Part shown: one piece after another, positions 26,430 through 36,868 of the stretch
Layout of the letters: each line of letters starts with the position of its first letter
Numbering within the stretch: the stretch's first letter is position 1
Source of the DNA: an uncultured Bacteroidota bacterium
GTDB lineage: Bacteria; Bacteroidota; Bacteroidia; Chitinophagales; Chitinophagaceae
Direction: 5' to 3'
Assembly: GCA_963730655.1 (NCBI GenBank)
Contig: CAVSSI010000009.1
Coordinates: 181,141-245,140, forward strand
DNA length: 64,000 nucleotides
Notes under the pieces: model-generated
Database searches by the model: none
What the model was told of the DNA's origin: nothing
The model's input: only the letters and a program-made list of their open reading frames with translations
Position numbers and translations under genes: made by a program

Positions 26430-26506
26430 GCGCGAAGCCTGAAGCATGAGGCGTGAAGCATTAACTGAGAGCCAAGAACCATCAACCATAAACGCATCAA
26501 CCACAA
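26430..26506. repeat. Two adjacent 7-bp arrays (GCNTGAR, then ACCATCA)
   Basis: GCGCGAA GCCTGAA GCATGAG GCGTGAA GCATTAA ... ACCATCA ACCATAA ACGCATCA ACCACAA. Confidence 0.7.
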
Positions 26507-26530
26507 TGATTTGATTGAAATAATTGATTA

Positions 26531-26550
26531 AATTTATCTTCTGATAAATT
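26531..26550. promoter_or_regulatory. Palindrome upstream of oxyR, candidate autoregulatory operator
   Basis: AATTTATC-ttct-GATAAATT, 12 nt before the ATG. Confidence 0.45.
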
Positions 26551-26562
26551 AAATTGATATTA

Positions 26563-27498
26563 ATGACCTTTACCCAGCTGGAATATATTCTGGCCATTGA
26601 CACACACCGTCATTTTGCAAAAGCAGCCGAGGCCTGTTTTGTTACACAACCCACCCTGAGTATGCAGGTGAGCAAACTGGAGAAATCCCTGGGAGTGAAA
26701 ATATTTGACCGCAGCCATTCACCGGTGGTGCCTACGGAGGCCGGGAAACAAATCCTGGAACAGGCAAAAAAAATCCTGTTGGAGAAAAGCCGGGTTTCCG
26801 AAATTATTTCCCTGAAGAAAGGACTCCTGGAAGGAGAACTCCGCATTGGAATCATTCCAACCCTGGCGCCTTACCTTCTGCCATTATTCGTGCAGTCTTT
26901 CCTGAAGAAATATCCGAAAGTCAAACTGGTTGTTTATGAAAAAACAACCGAAGCCTTACTGGTGGCACTCCGGGATTCAAGTCTGGACGCCGGCATCCTG
27001 GTAACCCCGCTGAATGAAAAAGGAATTCGGGAAGAAGTTTTGTTTTATGAGGAATTGCTGGTTTTTGTTTCGGAAAATAATGGCTTGTATAAAAAAAATT
27101 ATGTGCTGGCAGGAGAAATCGATCCGAATAAATTGTGGTTGCTCGAAGAGGGGCATTGTTTTCGTTCCCAGATGATTCATCTCTGCGAATTGTTCAAAGC
27201 CAGCCGCAGGACCAGCCATTTTGACTATGAAGCCGGTAGTTTCGAAACCCTGCGCCGGATGGTGGAACTCAATGATGGCATAACGATTTTGCCGGAACTG
27301 GCTACCCGTGATTTTTCAAAAAGGCAGCAGGCCCTGATACGGCGGTTCAGAAAACCTTCACCCATGCGGGAGGTGAGTCTGGTCGTGAGCCGGGATTTTG
27401 TTAAAGAGCGTCTCGTCCGGATTCTGAAAGAAGAAATCATGAACAGCATTCCGGAGAAGATCAGAAAAAACAAAGAGGCCTATATTGTACCTTTGTAG
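26563..27498 (+). CDS. oxyR: LysR-family peroxide sensor OxyR
   Basis: HFAKAAEACFVTQPTLS HTH; LEEGHCFRSQMIHLC redox Cys pair. Confidence 0.9.
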   Translation: MTFTQLEYILAIDTHRHFAKAAEACFVTQPTLSMQVSKLEKSLGVKIFDRSHSPVVPTEAGKQILEQAKKILLEKSRVSEIISLKKGLLEGELRIGIIPTLAPYLLPLFVQSFLKKYPKVKLVVYEKTTEALLVALRDSSLDAGILVTPLNEKGIREEVLFYEELLVFVSENNGLYKKNYVLAGEIDPNKLWLLEEGHCFRSQMIHLCELFKASRRTSHFDYEAGSFETLRRMVELNDGITILPELATRDFSKRQQALIRRFRKPSPMREVSLVVSRDFVKERLVRILKEEIMNSIPEKIRKNKEAYIVPL

Positions 27499-27511
27499 CT
27501 AACATGTTCAG

Positions 27512-28271
27512 ATGAGCCGTATCAGAAAAATGCTTCTTTATACACTTGGTGAAAAACGTTATCTCCGCCTGCTGGCCAGTTCATTTCAGAAATTATATAA
27601 GACAGGCCGCCTGGGGGTGGATTACCAGGATATTTATTTTCTGAAAAACCTGATCAGGCCGGGGGACCACTGTATCGATATCGGTGCGCACCTCGGTTAT
27701 TTTACCATGGAAATGAGCCGCCTCGCCGGAAATAACGGACATGTTTATGCGATAGAACCCATGTCGAAATTTTTCAACACCCTCAAAACCATGGTGGAAA
27801 ATAAAGGGCTGAAAAACATTACCCTCTACCAGTATGCGATGGGTGCTGATACGGAATTTGTGGAAATGGGTATTCCCAGGGTGAATAACGTGAAAAAATT
27901 CGCCTATGCCCGGGTGATCCAGTCCAGTACTTTCCTGGAATATGTTGAGTCTGAACAGGTAAAAAATGTATATGGCGATGAATTGTTCCGGTTATTACCC
28001 GCGGTGGATTTTATAAAATGTGATGTGGAGGGCCTGGAATTGTCGGTATTCAGGTCATTTCGTCGAAATTATCCGTAAGCACCAGCCGGTTCTGCTTTGC
28101 GAATTGGGCGATCCCCAGGACAGAAAACGTCTGCTGGAACTGCTTTCTCCTTTTTCATACGGGCTGTACTACCTGGAGAATAAAAAATTAAAGCCACTGG
28201 ATGCGCAATCAGTGAAATCAAGACCGTTTCCAAATCATTATTTCATTCCGGAAGGGAACTGCGGAATGTGA
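27512..28271 (+). CDS. FkbM-family SAM methyltransferase (frameshifted)
   Basis: IDIGAHLG, YAIEP, DFIKCDVEGLE. Confidence 0.88.
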
Positions 28272-28336
28272 AGTGCAATGAACTGTTTGAATTAGTCACA
28301 TCATTCTCATACACTCACATTTCACATTCTCATTTC
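28264..28336. repeat. Degenerate 8-bp array (CATTCTCA) between convergent genes, contains kup stop
   Basis: GAATGTGA.. left; CATTCTCA TACACTCA CATTTCA CATTCTCA right. Confidence 0.6.
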
Positions 28337-30299
28337 CAACCTTCCCCGATTCTTTTAAGATTCAGATCCGGGAGAGGTGAAACAATGAGCGGGAATTTTT
28401 CGATCGTTACATTGGAAGGATCCAGTCCGAATCCCCTTTCTTCGGAAAGACTGGCTTCTTTCAGCCAGAAATATAATTTCATGACCACTCGTTCAAAAAA
28501 GGACAGTTCATTATCCTGGCTCAGGTATTTTTCCATCACGACAAACTGGAAATCGCCGACCACATTATTTCTTTCCAGCGATTCATACCGGCTGGTGATA
28601 TTTACTTCCCTGTTTTTTACCAGGTCTTCCACCACTTTCCGGAACATCAGGTTGATCCGCGGCTCAATCCGGAAACCCAGCCGGAATTCCACCCGGATGA
28701 TATCGTTGGGAATAATATGGTCCACCGAATATTCGGATGTATAGGGATCATCCAGCGTATCTACATGTACGAACCAGTAGATATCCGCTCGTTTGGGTTT
28801 TTTATTCAGGATGGAATAGATGATCTTATGTTCGATTTCCTTGGGATTATTGGCACTGGTCATATACACCAGGTGCGTGGCAAATTTCGGAACGGTCCGG
28901 TCATTGCTCAGCTCCTGGATTTGCGGAATATAATTTTCCAGCCGCACGAATTCAACATACCGGTTTTTGATTTTCCGGGCACGGTACCAGACATACATGA
29001 TGGCAAATAAACCACCGCCTACGATCAGGGTTACAAAACCGCCATGCGGAAATTTTTCCAGGTTGGCAAAGAGAAAACTGAATTCAATGATCAGGTAAAC
29101 AGCAGAGATAGAGATAAATTAACAAGGATGGAGCCCGTCGGGAAATCAGATAATTGGCGAACAGGATGGAAGTGGCCAGCATACACAGGGTGATGGCCAG
29201 TCCGTAAGCCGCTTCCATATGGGATGAGGTCCTGAAATAGATGGTAATACCGCAACAGCCGATAAACAACAGAAAATTGATGGCCGGAATATATAATTGT
29301 CCTTTTTCTTCGGTGGGATAGCTGATCCGGAATTTTGGCCAGAGATTCAGGCGCATACTTTCACTGATCAGGGTAAAAGATCCGCTGATCAGGGCCTGGC
29401 TGGCAATAATGGCCGCAGCCGTGGCAATGATGATGCCCGGGATCAGAAACCAGTCCGGCATGATACTATAAAAAACATTATTATGGGCGGTATCGAATAC
29501 TTTCCCTAGACTGATTGTGCAACAGCCAGGCACCCTGCCCGAGATAATTCAGGATCAGGCAGGTTTTCACATAGATCCAGGAAATCCGGATATTGCCTTT
29601 GCCACAATGGCCCAGGTCGGAATACAGGGCTTCGGCTCCCGTGGTACAAAGAAAAACGGCGCCCAGGATCCAGAATCCTTTCGGATAGGTGGTTAGCAGT
29701 TCAATGGCATAAACCGGGCTCAGGGCTTTGAAAATATGCAGGTCATCCAGCAGATGACCGCAGCCCAGCACGGCCATCATGCCGAACCAGATGAACATAA
29801 TGGGTCCGAATAATTTTCCGATCGAATCGGTTCCAAATTGTTGCAGGAAAAAAAGAACCACCAGTATGCCGAGAACAATATATACAATCGTATCCTGCGG
29901 AATATAATTCAGGCTGGGAAGTTGCCTTAAACCTTCAATGGCAGAAGTTACAGAAATGGGTGGAGTGATCATGCCATCTGCCAGCAGTGCGGCACCACCG
30001 ATCATGGCCGGAAGTACCAGCCATCGGCGTTGCCTGCGAACCAGGGCATACAGGGAAAATATACCACCTTCCCCCTTGTTGTCGGCCTTCAGGGTTAGCC
30101 ATACATATTTTACGGTGGTTTGTAAAGTGAGTGTCCAGATAATACAGGAAAGACTGCCGACAATCAGCAATTCATTAATGACACGACCACTAATGATTGC
30201 GTTGAGTACGTAGAGCGGGGAGGTTCCGATATCTCCGTAAATAATACCTAAAGCAATTACGAGGTTACCGAGTGTAACCTTGTCAATTTGTTTGCTCAC
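28330..30299 (-). CDS. kup: KUP/HAK/KT potassium transporter (frameshifted)
   Basis: GIIYGDIGTSPLY, ADNKGEGGIFSLY, DGMITPPISV, TGAEALYSDLGH, IIASQALISG, GQLYIP. Confidence 0.95.
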
Positions 30300-30381
30300 T
30301 ACTGTGCAGGTTAAATTGGTGTCAAAACAGGTCGGAATTTTTCAATGGCAACCAATCGCTTTTCGCTGATAATCGTTGCTA

Positions 30382-30389
30382 CAAAGATA
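30382..30389 (-). promoter_or_regulatory. -7 box for kup
   Basis: TATCTTTG on minus strand in the intergenic region. Confidence 0.55.
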
Positions 30390-30474
30390 TAAGGAATAGA
30401 ATGAAATTAACAGAATCTTAATCGGAGTTTTGAGTAACTTGGCTCCGGTAGCAACCTCTATAAGTGTTTTTTAT

Positions 30475-31972
30475 ATGATTTTAAGATTTCTCGGCATTCT
30501 TTTCTTACTGCCCGTGTTTTTACAGGCCCAGCACATTGTTTATACTGAACCCGAACAGAGCGATACCCATAAAACCGATTTTGAAATCATTGGCCGTGTT
30601 TCCGGCAATATTCTGGTTTTTAAAAATAACCGGTCGGAGAATGTTATTTCCATTTATAATTCCGATATGAAGCTGTTCAAGCGGGTTCAGCTCAACTTTA
30701 TACCGGAAAGGTTTACCAATATAGATTTTGTACAGTATCCGGACTTCTTCTACCTGATTTGTGAATACCAGAAGAAAAATATCGTACACCTGGAGGCCAT
30801 CAAAATGGACGGCGATGCCCAGCCCATGGGGGAACCCGTAGAACTGGATACAACCCAGGTTGGCGGCATCGAACACGGCAAAAATTTATACCAATATCGT
30901 AAGTGAGGATAAAGAGCGCCTGATGGCTTTAAAAATCAATACCAAAAACCAAAAAGAATACACTTTCACCACGTTTCTGTTTGATAAAAATCTGGAATTG
31001 CTGGACCGGCACCGGTTACCCTTGCAGATCCAGGATCATGCGGATATGTTTACCAGCTTCGATGTGGACAACGAAGGAGGGCTGGTTTTTACAAAATTTG
31101 CGCGTACCGGGAACGGTGATTTTATCACCCATGTATCCCTGGTAACCAAGGCGCCCCTGGCAGATACCTTCTCCGTCCGCGATGTAGGCACCAATGAAAG
31201 GATTCTGGATGAACTGATCCTGAAAGTTGACAACTTTAATAAACGATACCTGCTTTCTGCATTTTATTACAAACAGAGAAGAGGCAATATCGAAGGATTG
31301 TTTACCGTAATCTGGGATAAGGCAACAGACAGTAAAATAAAAGAAAGTGTCACCATTTTTACTGACGAGCTCAGGGGACTGGCAAAAAGTTCCGAATCCA
31401 ACATAAAAACGGCATTCAATGACTACTTTTTAAAAAAGATTATTGTAAAAAAGGACGGTGGCTATGTGCTGATCAGCGAATCGGAATTCACTACTACCCG
31501 GGGAACTGCATTTAACCGGTCAGATTATATGTATGGTCCCATGACGCCGATTGATTATTATTCACCTTATTATAATCCGTATTCCCCTTATAACCGGTAT
31601 GGCGGAACCGCCAGCCGGTATGATGCGGAAAATATCCTGGTCCTTTCATTCGACAAAAACAGCAATATGGAATGGAGCAATGTGGTTCCCAAATCACAGT
31701 TTGATGATGACGGCCCCAATCATATTTCTTTTAAGACCATGACCACCGGCGGAGAGTTACATTTCTTATATAACCAGTCCGAAAAAAGAACCATGTTATT
31801 GATGGATCAGAGTATCTCTCCGGATGGTAAAATCACCCGCTTACCCACCCTTCATAACCTGGATAAAGGGTATGATTTTATGCCCAGACTCGGGAAACAG
31901 GTATCCAGTAATCAAATTGTAATACCTTGCCTTTACAGGAATTATCTTTGCTTTGCGAAAATAGATTTTTAA
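30475..31972 (+). CDS. Secreted hypothetical protein (one indel near 30860)
   Basis: Signal peptide ending AQ; two long consecutive ORFs; Tyr/Pro-rich loop near the C-terminus. Confidence 0.75.
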
Positions 31973-31982
31973 AACCCTGCCG

Positions 31983-32963
31983 GTGATTGGTATTTTTAAA
32001 CAGAAAGCAACCACGAATGCTTTATTGCTATTCATCTATGCGCTGGTACTGAAATTTCCTCTTTTCCTGCATCCGTTTCCGCCGGTTCTTCATGCGGAAG
32101 ACTATTATCTGTATCGGTTTGTCTTAACCGCACTCAATAGCTTATTCGGCAATGCAGCCCTGCCATATGCCATACTCAGTTTTATTTTACTATTTGCCCA
32201 GGCGACCCTGCTGAACAGTATTTGTAACTATCATAAATTGTTACCGCGTTCAAGCTACCTGCCGGGAATGTGTTATATCCTGGTAACTTCACTGCTGCCT
32301 GACTGGGGTCATTTTTCTGCTCCGCTGCTGATCAATTCCATTATGATCTGGTGCTGGTACAGAATGGTGGCATTATATAACAGTCCTTCTCCGGTAACTG
32401 CAATATTTAATATCGGACTGTTTCTGGGAATTGCCTCGCTGTTGTATATCCCGGCTATTGCCTTTTTATTATTATTATTTTTTGCGTTGCTTATCATGAG
32501 ACCATTCCGGATCCAGGAATGGTTCGTGGGATTTATCGGATTTACATCGCCCTATTATTTCCTGATCCTGATCCTGTATTTTATCCATCAGCTGCATTGG
32601 AAAAACCTGGTTCCGCAGATCCATTTTACCTTCCCGGCTATCCCGGGTTCGGTCCTGATCATTGCCGCCATCAGCCTGCTGGTCATTCCCTTTGTTATCG
32701 GCGGCATTTATGTTCAGAATAATCTGAATAAAATGCTGATCCATGTACGGAAAAGCTGGAGTCTGTTACTGGCATTCCTGATCGTGGCGGTCCTGGTTAT
32801 CATTATTAATAAGGCCGGGTCCTATGAAAACTGGATTGTTACAGCCATGCCTTTTGCTGTTTTTCATGCGGCCGCCTATTATTATTCCGCGAATAAATTT
32901 TTGATTAATACGCTTCACTGGATCTGTTTTGGTGTGGCGATAGGAATAAACTACCTGATGTAA
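31983..32963 (+). CDS. Polytopic membrane protein (DUF6427-like)
   Basis: 326 aa, about 10 hydrophobic segments, GTG start; family name from recall. Confidence 0.7.
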   Translation: MIGIFKQKATTNALLLFIYALVLKFPLFLHPFPPVLHAEDYYLYRFVLTALNSLFGNAALPYAILSFILLFAQATLLNSICNYHKLLPRSSYLPGMCYILVTSLLPDWGHFSAPLLINSIMIWCWYRMVALYNSPSPVTAIFNIGLFLGIASLLYIPAIAFLLLLFFALLIMRPFRIQEWFVGFIGFTSPYYFLILILYFIHQLHWKNLVPQIHFTFPAIPGSVLIIAAISLLVIPFVIGGIYVQNNLNKMLIHVRKSWSLLLAFLIVAVLVIIINKAGSYENWIVTAMPFAVFHAAAYYYSANKFLINTLHWICFGVAIGINYLM

Positions 32964-33084
32964 TTGTCAATTGTCAGTTGGCGATTGGCGGTTTGACAAA
33001 TGTCAACTGATTTTCCGAATACTTTAGAAGTTTCATTTGCCGGCAACCGCAATTGACAATTGACAATTAACAATTAACAGTTAT
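32962..33084. repeat. Inverted 7-bp arrays (AATTGTC / GACAATT) upstream of purQ
   Basis: AATTGTC AATTGTC AGTTGGC GATTGGC ... CAATTGA CAATTGA CAATTAA CAATTAA CAGTTAT; 14-bp perfect inverted match 32962-32975/33055-33068. Confidence 0.85.
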
Positions 33085-33089
33085 CTTTG
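33082..33089 (+). promoter_or_regulatory. -7 box for purQ
   Basis: TATCTTTG 20 nt before the ATG. Confidence 0.65.
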
Positions 33090-33109
33090 CTCCTCTAATA
33101 AGGTATGGA

Positions 33110-33817
33110 ATGAAATTCGGCGTAATCGTTTTTCCAGGCTCTAACTGCGACAGGGATATGCAGTTTGCCCTTCAGGATGTGCTGGGTTATGAAGTGATCA
33201 TGCTATGGCATAAGGATACCGACCTGAGTATGTTTTCCACGCAGGACTGCATCGTTTTACCCGGTGGATTTTCATATGGTGATTATCTCCGTTGCGGAGC
33301 AATTGCCCGTTTCAGTCCGCTGATGCAGCCCCTGATCCGCTTCGCTGAAAAAGGAGGCCTGGTACTCGGCGTGTGTAATGGATTCCAGGTTTTATGTGAA
33401 TCCCATTTATTACCCGGCGTCTTATTGAGAAATGCCAATCAGCAGTTTATCGGGAACAATATTTATATGAAATCGGAAAACGGTCCCGCACTTAAAATAC
33501 CGATTGCGCATGGGGAAGGAAGATTTTATGCCAACGACAAAGTATTGGATGAACTGGAATCCAATGGCCAGGTATTATGGAAATATTGTGACGCAGAAGG
33601 AAATATAACACCCGAATCAAATCCGAACGGTTCCACCCGCAATATTGCCGGAATCTGTAATAAAGAAGGAAATGTTATCGGGCTCATGCCACATCCGGAA
33701 CGCGCAGTTTCAGAAATCCTGGGAAATACCGATGGACGGAAATTATTTCAGCAAATCCTGAGTGGAAAGAATACAACGTCAACTGCCCGACAATCCCGCA
33801 GTGCAATTCCTCAGTAA
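33110..33817 (+). CDS. purQ: FGAM synthase glutaminase subunit PurQ
   Basis: [40 protein letters not shown]. Confidence 0.96.
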   Translation: MKFGVIVFPGSNCDRDMQFALQDVLGYEVIMLWHKDTDLSMFSTQDCIVLPGGFSYGDYLRCGAIARFSPLMQPLIRFAEKGGLVLGVCNGFQVLCESHLLPGVLLRNANQQFIGNNIYMKSENGPALKIPIAHGEGRFYANDKVLDELESNGQVLWKYCDAEGNITPESNPNGSTRNIAGICNKEGNVIGLMPHPERAVSEILGNTDGRKLFQQILSGKNTTSTARQSRSAIPQ

Positions 33818-33828
33818 CTTCACCGGCT

Positions 33829-35761
33829 ATGTATATTAAGTCGGTGTTTTTATGGATCCTTTTTAGTTTGATCATCTTACAGGGTTACAGTCAGGACAGT
33901 ACGGCTGTTACGCTGGCAGGTATCCACTGTAAAAAGCGATACCGGTTTAAGACTGAACCTGCATGTACATATTAAACCCGGATGGGAGTTGTATGCACCA
34001 AACCAGGATTTAAGTGGTACACCTTCCATGGAGTTAAATCTGGCCGATAGTGCGATAATGCCTGCCATGCCTTTTTTAATCGTTTCAGGCAGGCCGGAAA
34101 AAAAGGCGGTTGCATTATTTGAAAACAAGTCGTTTGAACTGTATTCTTCAGATGCAGAGTTTTATATTAACCTGAAAAGTAAAGGGGATATTCCTGCCAA
34201 CATATTCGGTTCTCTGATTTTTTATTATGGTAAATCGGATTCCTTTTATTCCGGAAATTATTCTTTCCACGCGAAAATTGCAGGAGGCGTTGATAAATCT
34301 TCCAGAATCAAAATCAACAGTTTCGACCTGAAGCATCCGGTGAGTAATTGCGGGGATACTGATACTGCAGGCAAAGGGTTGTTTAGTATCTTCCTGCTGG
34401 GTCTTTTGGGCGGTTTTATCGCATTGCTCACCCCCTGTGTATTTCCACTGATTCCGCTTACAGTTTCATTTTTCACCAAAAGCAAGGGTAACGGCAAGGC
34501 TCATGCGTTTATTTATGGGTTTTTTATTTTCCTGATTTATGTTTTACTCAGTCTGCCCTTCCATCTCCTGGATCATACGGATCCTGAGATATTAAATAAT
34601 ATTTCCACCAACGTGTGGCTAAACCTGGCCTTCTTCGTCATTTTCGTTGTGTTTGCCATCTCTTTCTTTGGTTATTTTGAAATCACCCTGCCGGGCAGTG
34701 TCGCAAATTCTGTAAATAACCGGTCGGGTGGAACCAGTTTGCCGGGCATTTTTTTTATGGCCCTTACCCTGGCCATCGTTTCATTTTCCTGTACGGGTCC
34801 GATTCTGGGATCACTACTGGCAGGGGCACTTTCAAACCACGGCGGTGCCATTCAGCTTAGTTTTGGAATGGGTGGATTCGGACTCGGCCTGGCCCTGCCC
34901 TTTGCCCTTTTTGCCCTTTTCCCCCAATGGCTGGGTTCTTTGCCCAAATCCGGCGGATGGCTGGGTTCTGTTAAAGTGGTGTTGGGATTTCTGGAGCTCG
35001 CCATGGCTATTAAATTTCTTTCCAATGCTGATCTGGTAGAACAGTGGGGAATCCTGAAAAGGGAGATTTTCATCGGATTCTGGGTGGTGATCGGTTTACT
35101 GATCACCCTTTACCTGATGGGCAAAATCCGGTTTCCGCATGACAGTCCGGTCAAAAAATTTGGATCTGCCCGCTTAATATTCCTCCTCTTTTTTGGACTG
35201 GCAACCATTTATTTGATACCCGGATTAACCAATACCCGGGCAGCCAACCTGACCCTGATCAGCGGTTTCCCTCCGCCATTGTGTTATTCCGTTTACAGGG
35301 AGCCCGTCAATTGTGGTCACGGGGTGGAAACACTGCGGGATTATGAAGAAGCGCTGGCCCTGGCAAAAAAATTGCATAAACCAGTGCTGATCGATTTCAC
35401 CGGATGGGCCTGTGTAAACTGCCGCCGGATGGAAGAGAATGTATGGACAGATCCGGAGGTTCGAAAAAGAATGCTCGACTCTTTTGTGGTGGTTTCGCTC
35501 TATGTGGATGAGCGCCGGCTTTTACCTGCTGCCTCCCAAATGATATATACTACAAAAGACGGGGCGCAGAAAAATATTATTACCGTGGGCGACAAGTGGG
35601 CCACTTTCCAGTCTGAGAATTTCAATGCCGTTTCCCAACCTCAATATGCGATCCTGAGCCCGGATGAAAGAATTCTTACTTACACCAAGGGCTATACGCC
35701 GAAAGCGGCTGAGTTCACCCAATGGCTGGATTGCGGACTTTCGGCATCGCGTGCCCGGTAA
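33829..35761 (+). CDS. dsbD: DsbD-family protein-disulfide reductase (indel near the 5' end)
   Basis: LLTPCVFP, SFSCTGP, LPKSGGW, DFTGWACVNCRRME. Confidence 0.9.
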
Positions 35762-35803
35762 GTCCGCCTTAGTCCTATTCCATCCTGGGGTATCTTCTTG
35801 ATA

Positions 35804-35951
35804 CCGTCTAAGAGCCGTCTAAAAGCCGTCTAAGAGCCGTCTGAGTTCCATCCATGTATCATCCTTGTGCGATCCTTGTACTAACCCTTGAATTTCAAGG
35901 GAAAAAACCTTTTTTACACAGGGATGGTACAAGGATGATACATGGAAGGAA
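35804..35951. repeat. 11-bp tandem arrays with long inverted arms
   Basis: CCGTCTAAGAG x~4 (35804-35845); TTCCATCCATGTATCATCCTTGT (35846-35868) inverted at 35929-35951 with 1 mismatch; central palindrome CCCTTGAA-T-TTCAAGGG. Confidence 0.85.
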
Positions 35952-35975
35952 GTAAGATCCTCCGGAATCCGGCAC

Positions 35976-36007
35976 AAAAAAAGAGTCCTGCCATCGGCAG
36001 GACTCTT
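35976..36007 (-). terminator. Intrinsic terminator of the ECF sigma gene
   Basis: A run then GAGTCCTGCC-atc-GGCAGGACTC on plus strand (hairpin plus U-tract on minus). Confidence 0.85.
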
Positions 36008-36027
36008 CTAAATAGTGTAAAGTTTTG

Positions 36028-36609
36028 CTAGAGGGCAATTCTTTTTTCTACCATCATTTTGCGCAGGTTGATCAGTCCGTAGCGCATACGACCCAGGGCC
36101 GTATTGATGCTGCAGTTGGTCAGCGATGCGATCTCCTTAAAGCTCAGATCGGCATAATGACGCAGAATGATGACTTCGCGCTGATCTTCAGGTAAAAGGT
36201 CAAGCATCCGTCGTACACGGTCATGGCTCTGCCTTTTCATGATTTTAACGTCAGCACCGTCTTCGGTAAAATTGATGACTTCGAAAATGTCCCGGTCATC
36301 ACAGGTTTTGATGGCTGGGGTTCTTTTCACCTTGCGGAAATGATCCACACAAAGGTTGTGGGCAATGCGCATCGCCCAGGGAAGGAATTTGCCTTCTTCT
36401 GTGTACCGCCCACCGCGAATGGTGTCGATAATCTTAATCAGAACATCCTGGAAAATGTCCTCAGCCAGATACTTGTCTTTGACGAGGAAGAGAATGGAAG
36501 TGTACAGCTTGTCCTTGTGGCGGATTACGAGAGCTTCAAGAGCCTGTAAATCGCCGTCGCGAAATGAATGGATTAATTCATGGTCGGTTTTCGTACGTAG
36601 CGAATTCAT
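36028..36609 (-). CDS. ECF RNA polymerase sigma-70 factor
   Basis: AEDIFQD, WAMRIAHNLCVDHFR, LSFKEIA, INTALGRMRY. Confidence 0.93.
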   Translation of the reverse strand: MNSLRTKTDHELIHSFRDGDLQALEALVIRHKDKLYTSILFLVKDKYLAEDIFQDVLIKIIDTIRGGRYTEEGKFLPWAMRIAHNLCVDHFRKVKRTPAIKTCDDRDIFEVINFTEDGADVKIMKRQSHDRVRRMLDLLPEDQREVIILRHYADLSFKEIASLTNCSINTALGRMRYGLINLRKMMVEKRIAL

Positions 36610-36868
36610 AAACTTCTACGGTTTTTAAAGGTGATAGGATATATGTTGGATTTAATAAAACGCTTTGGCTTTTCTGTGTAGAAGTCCTTACTCTATAAAA
36701 TTATTTTATTGTGTTGACAAATGTTAATCAGGATTTAAAGATATACAATTTTTGGAAAAAACAACATTTTGGGAAAATAATTTGTTCTAGAGGTTCCCGG
36801 CAGGGTTTCCCACACTGGGAAACAAGGTTCTAATTGTTTCACTTCCAATATATTTGTTTTTCCAATTT

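Noticed and set aside
35804-35951. CRISPR array (here or at the other tandem arrays)
   Set aside because: Units are 7-11 bp with no unique spacers and no cas genes.
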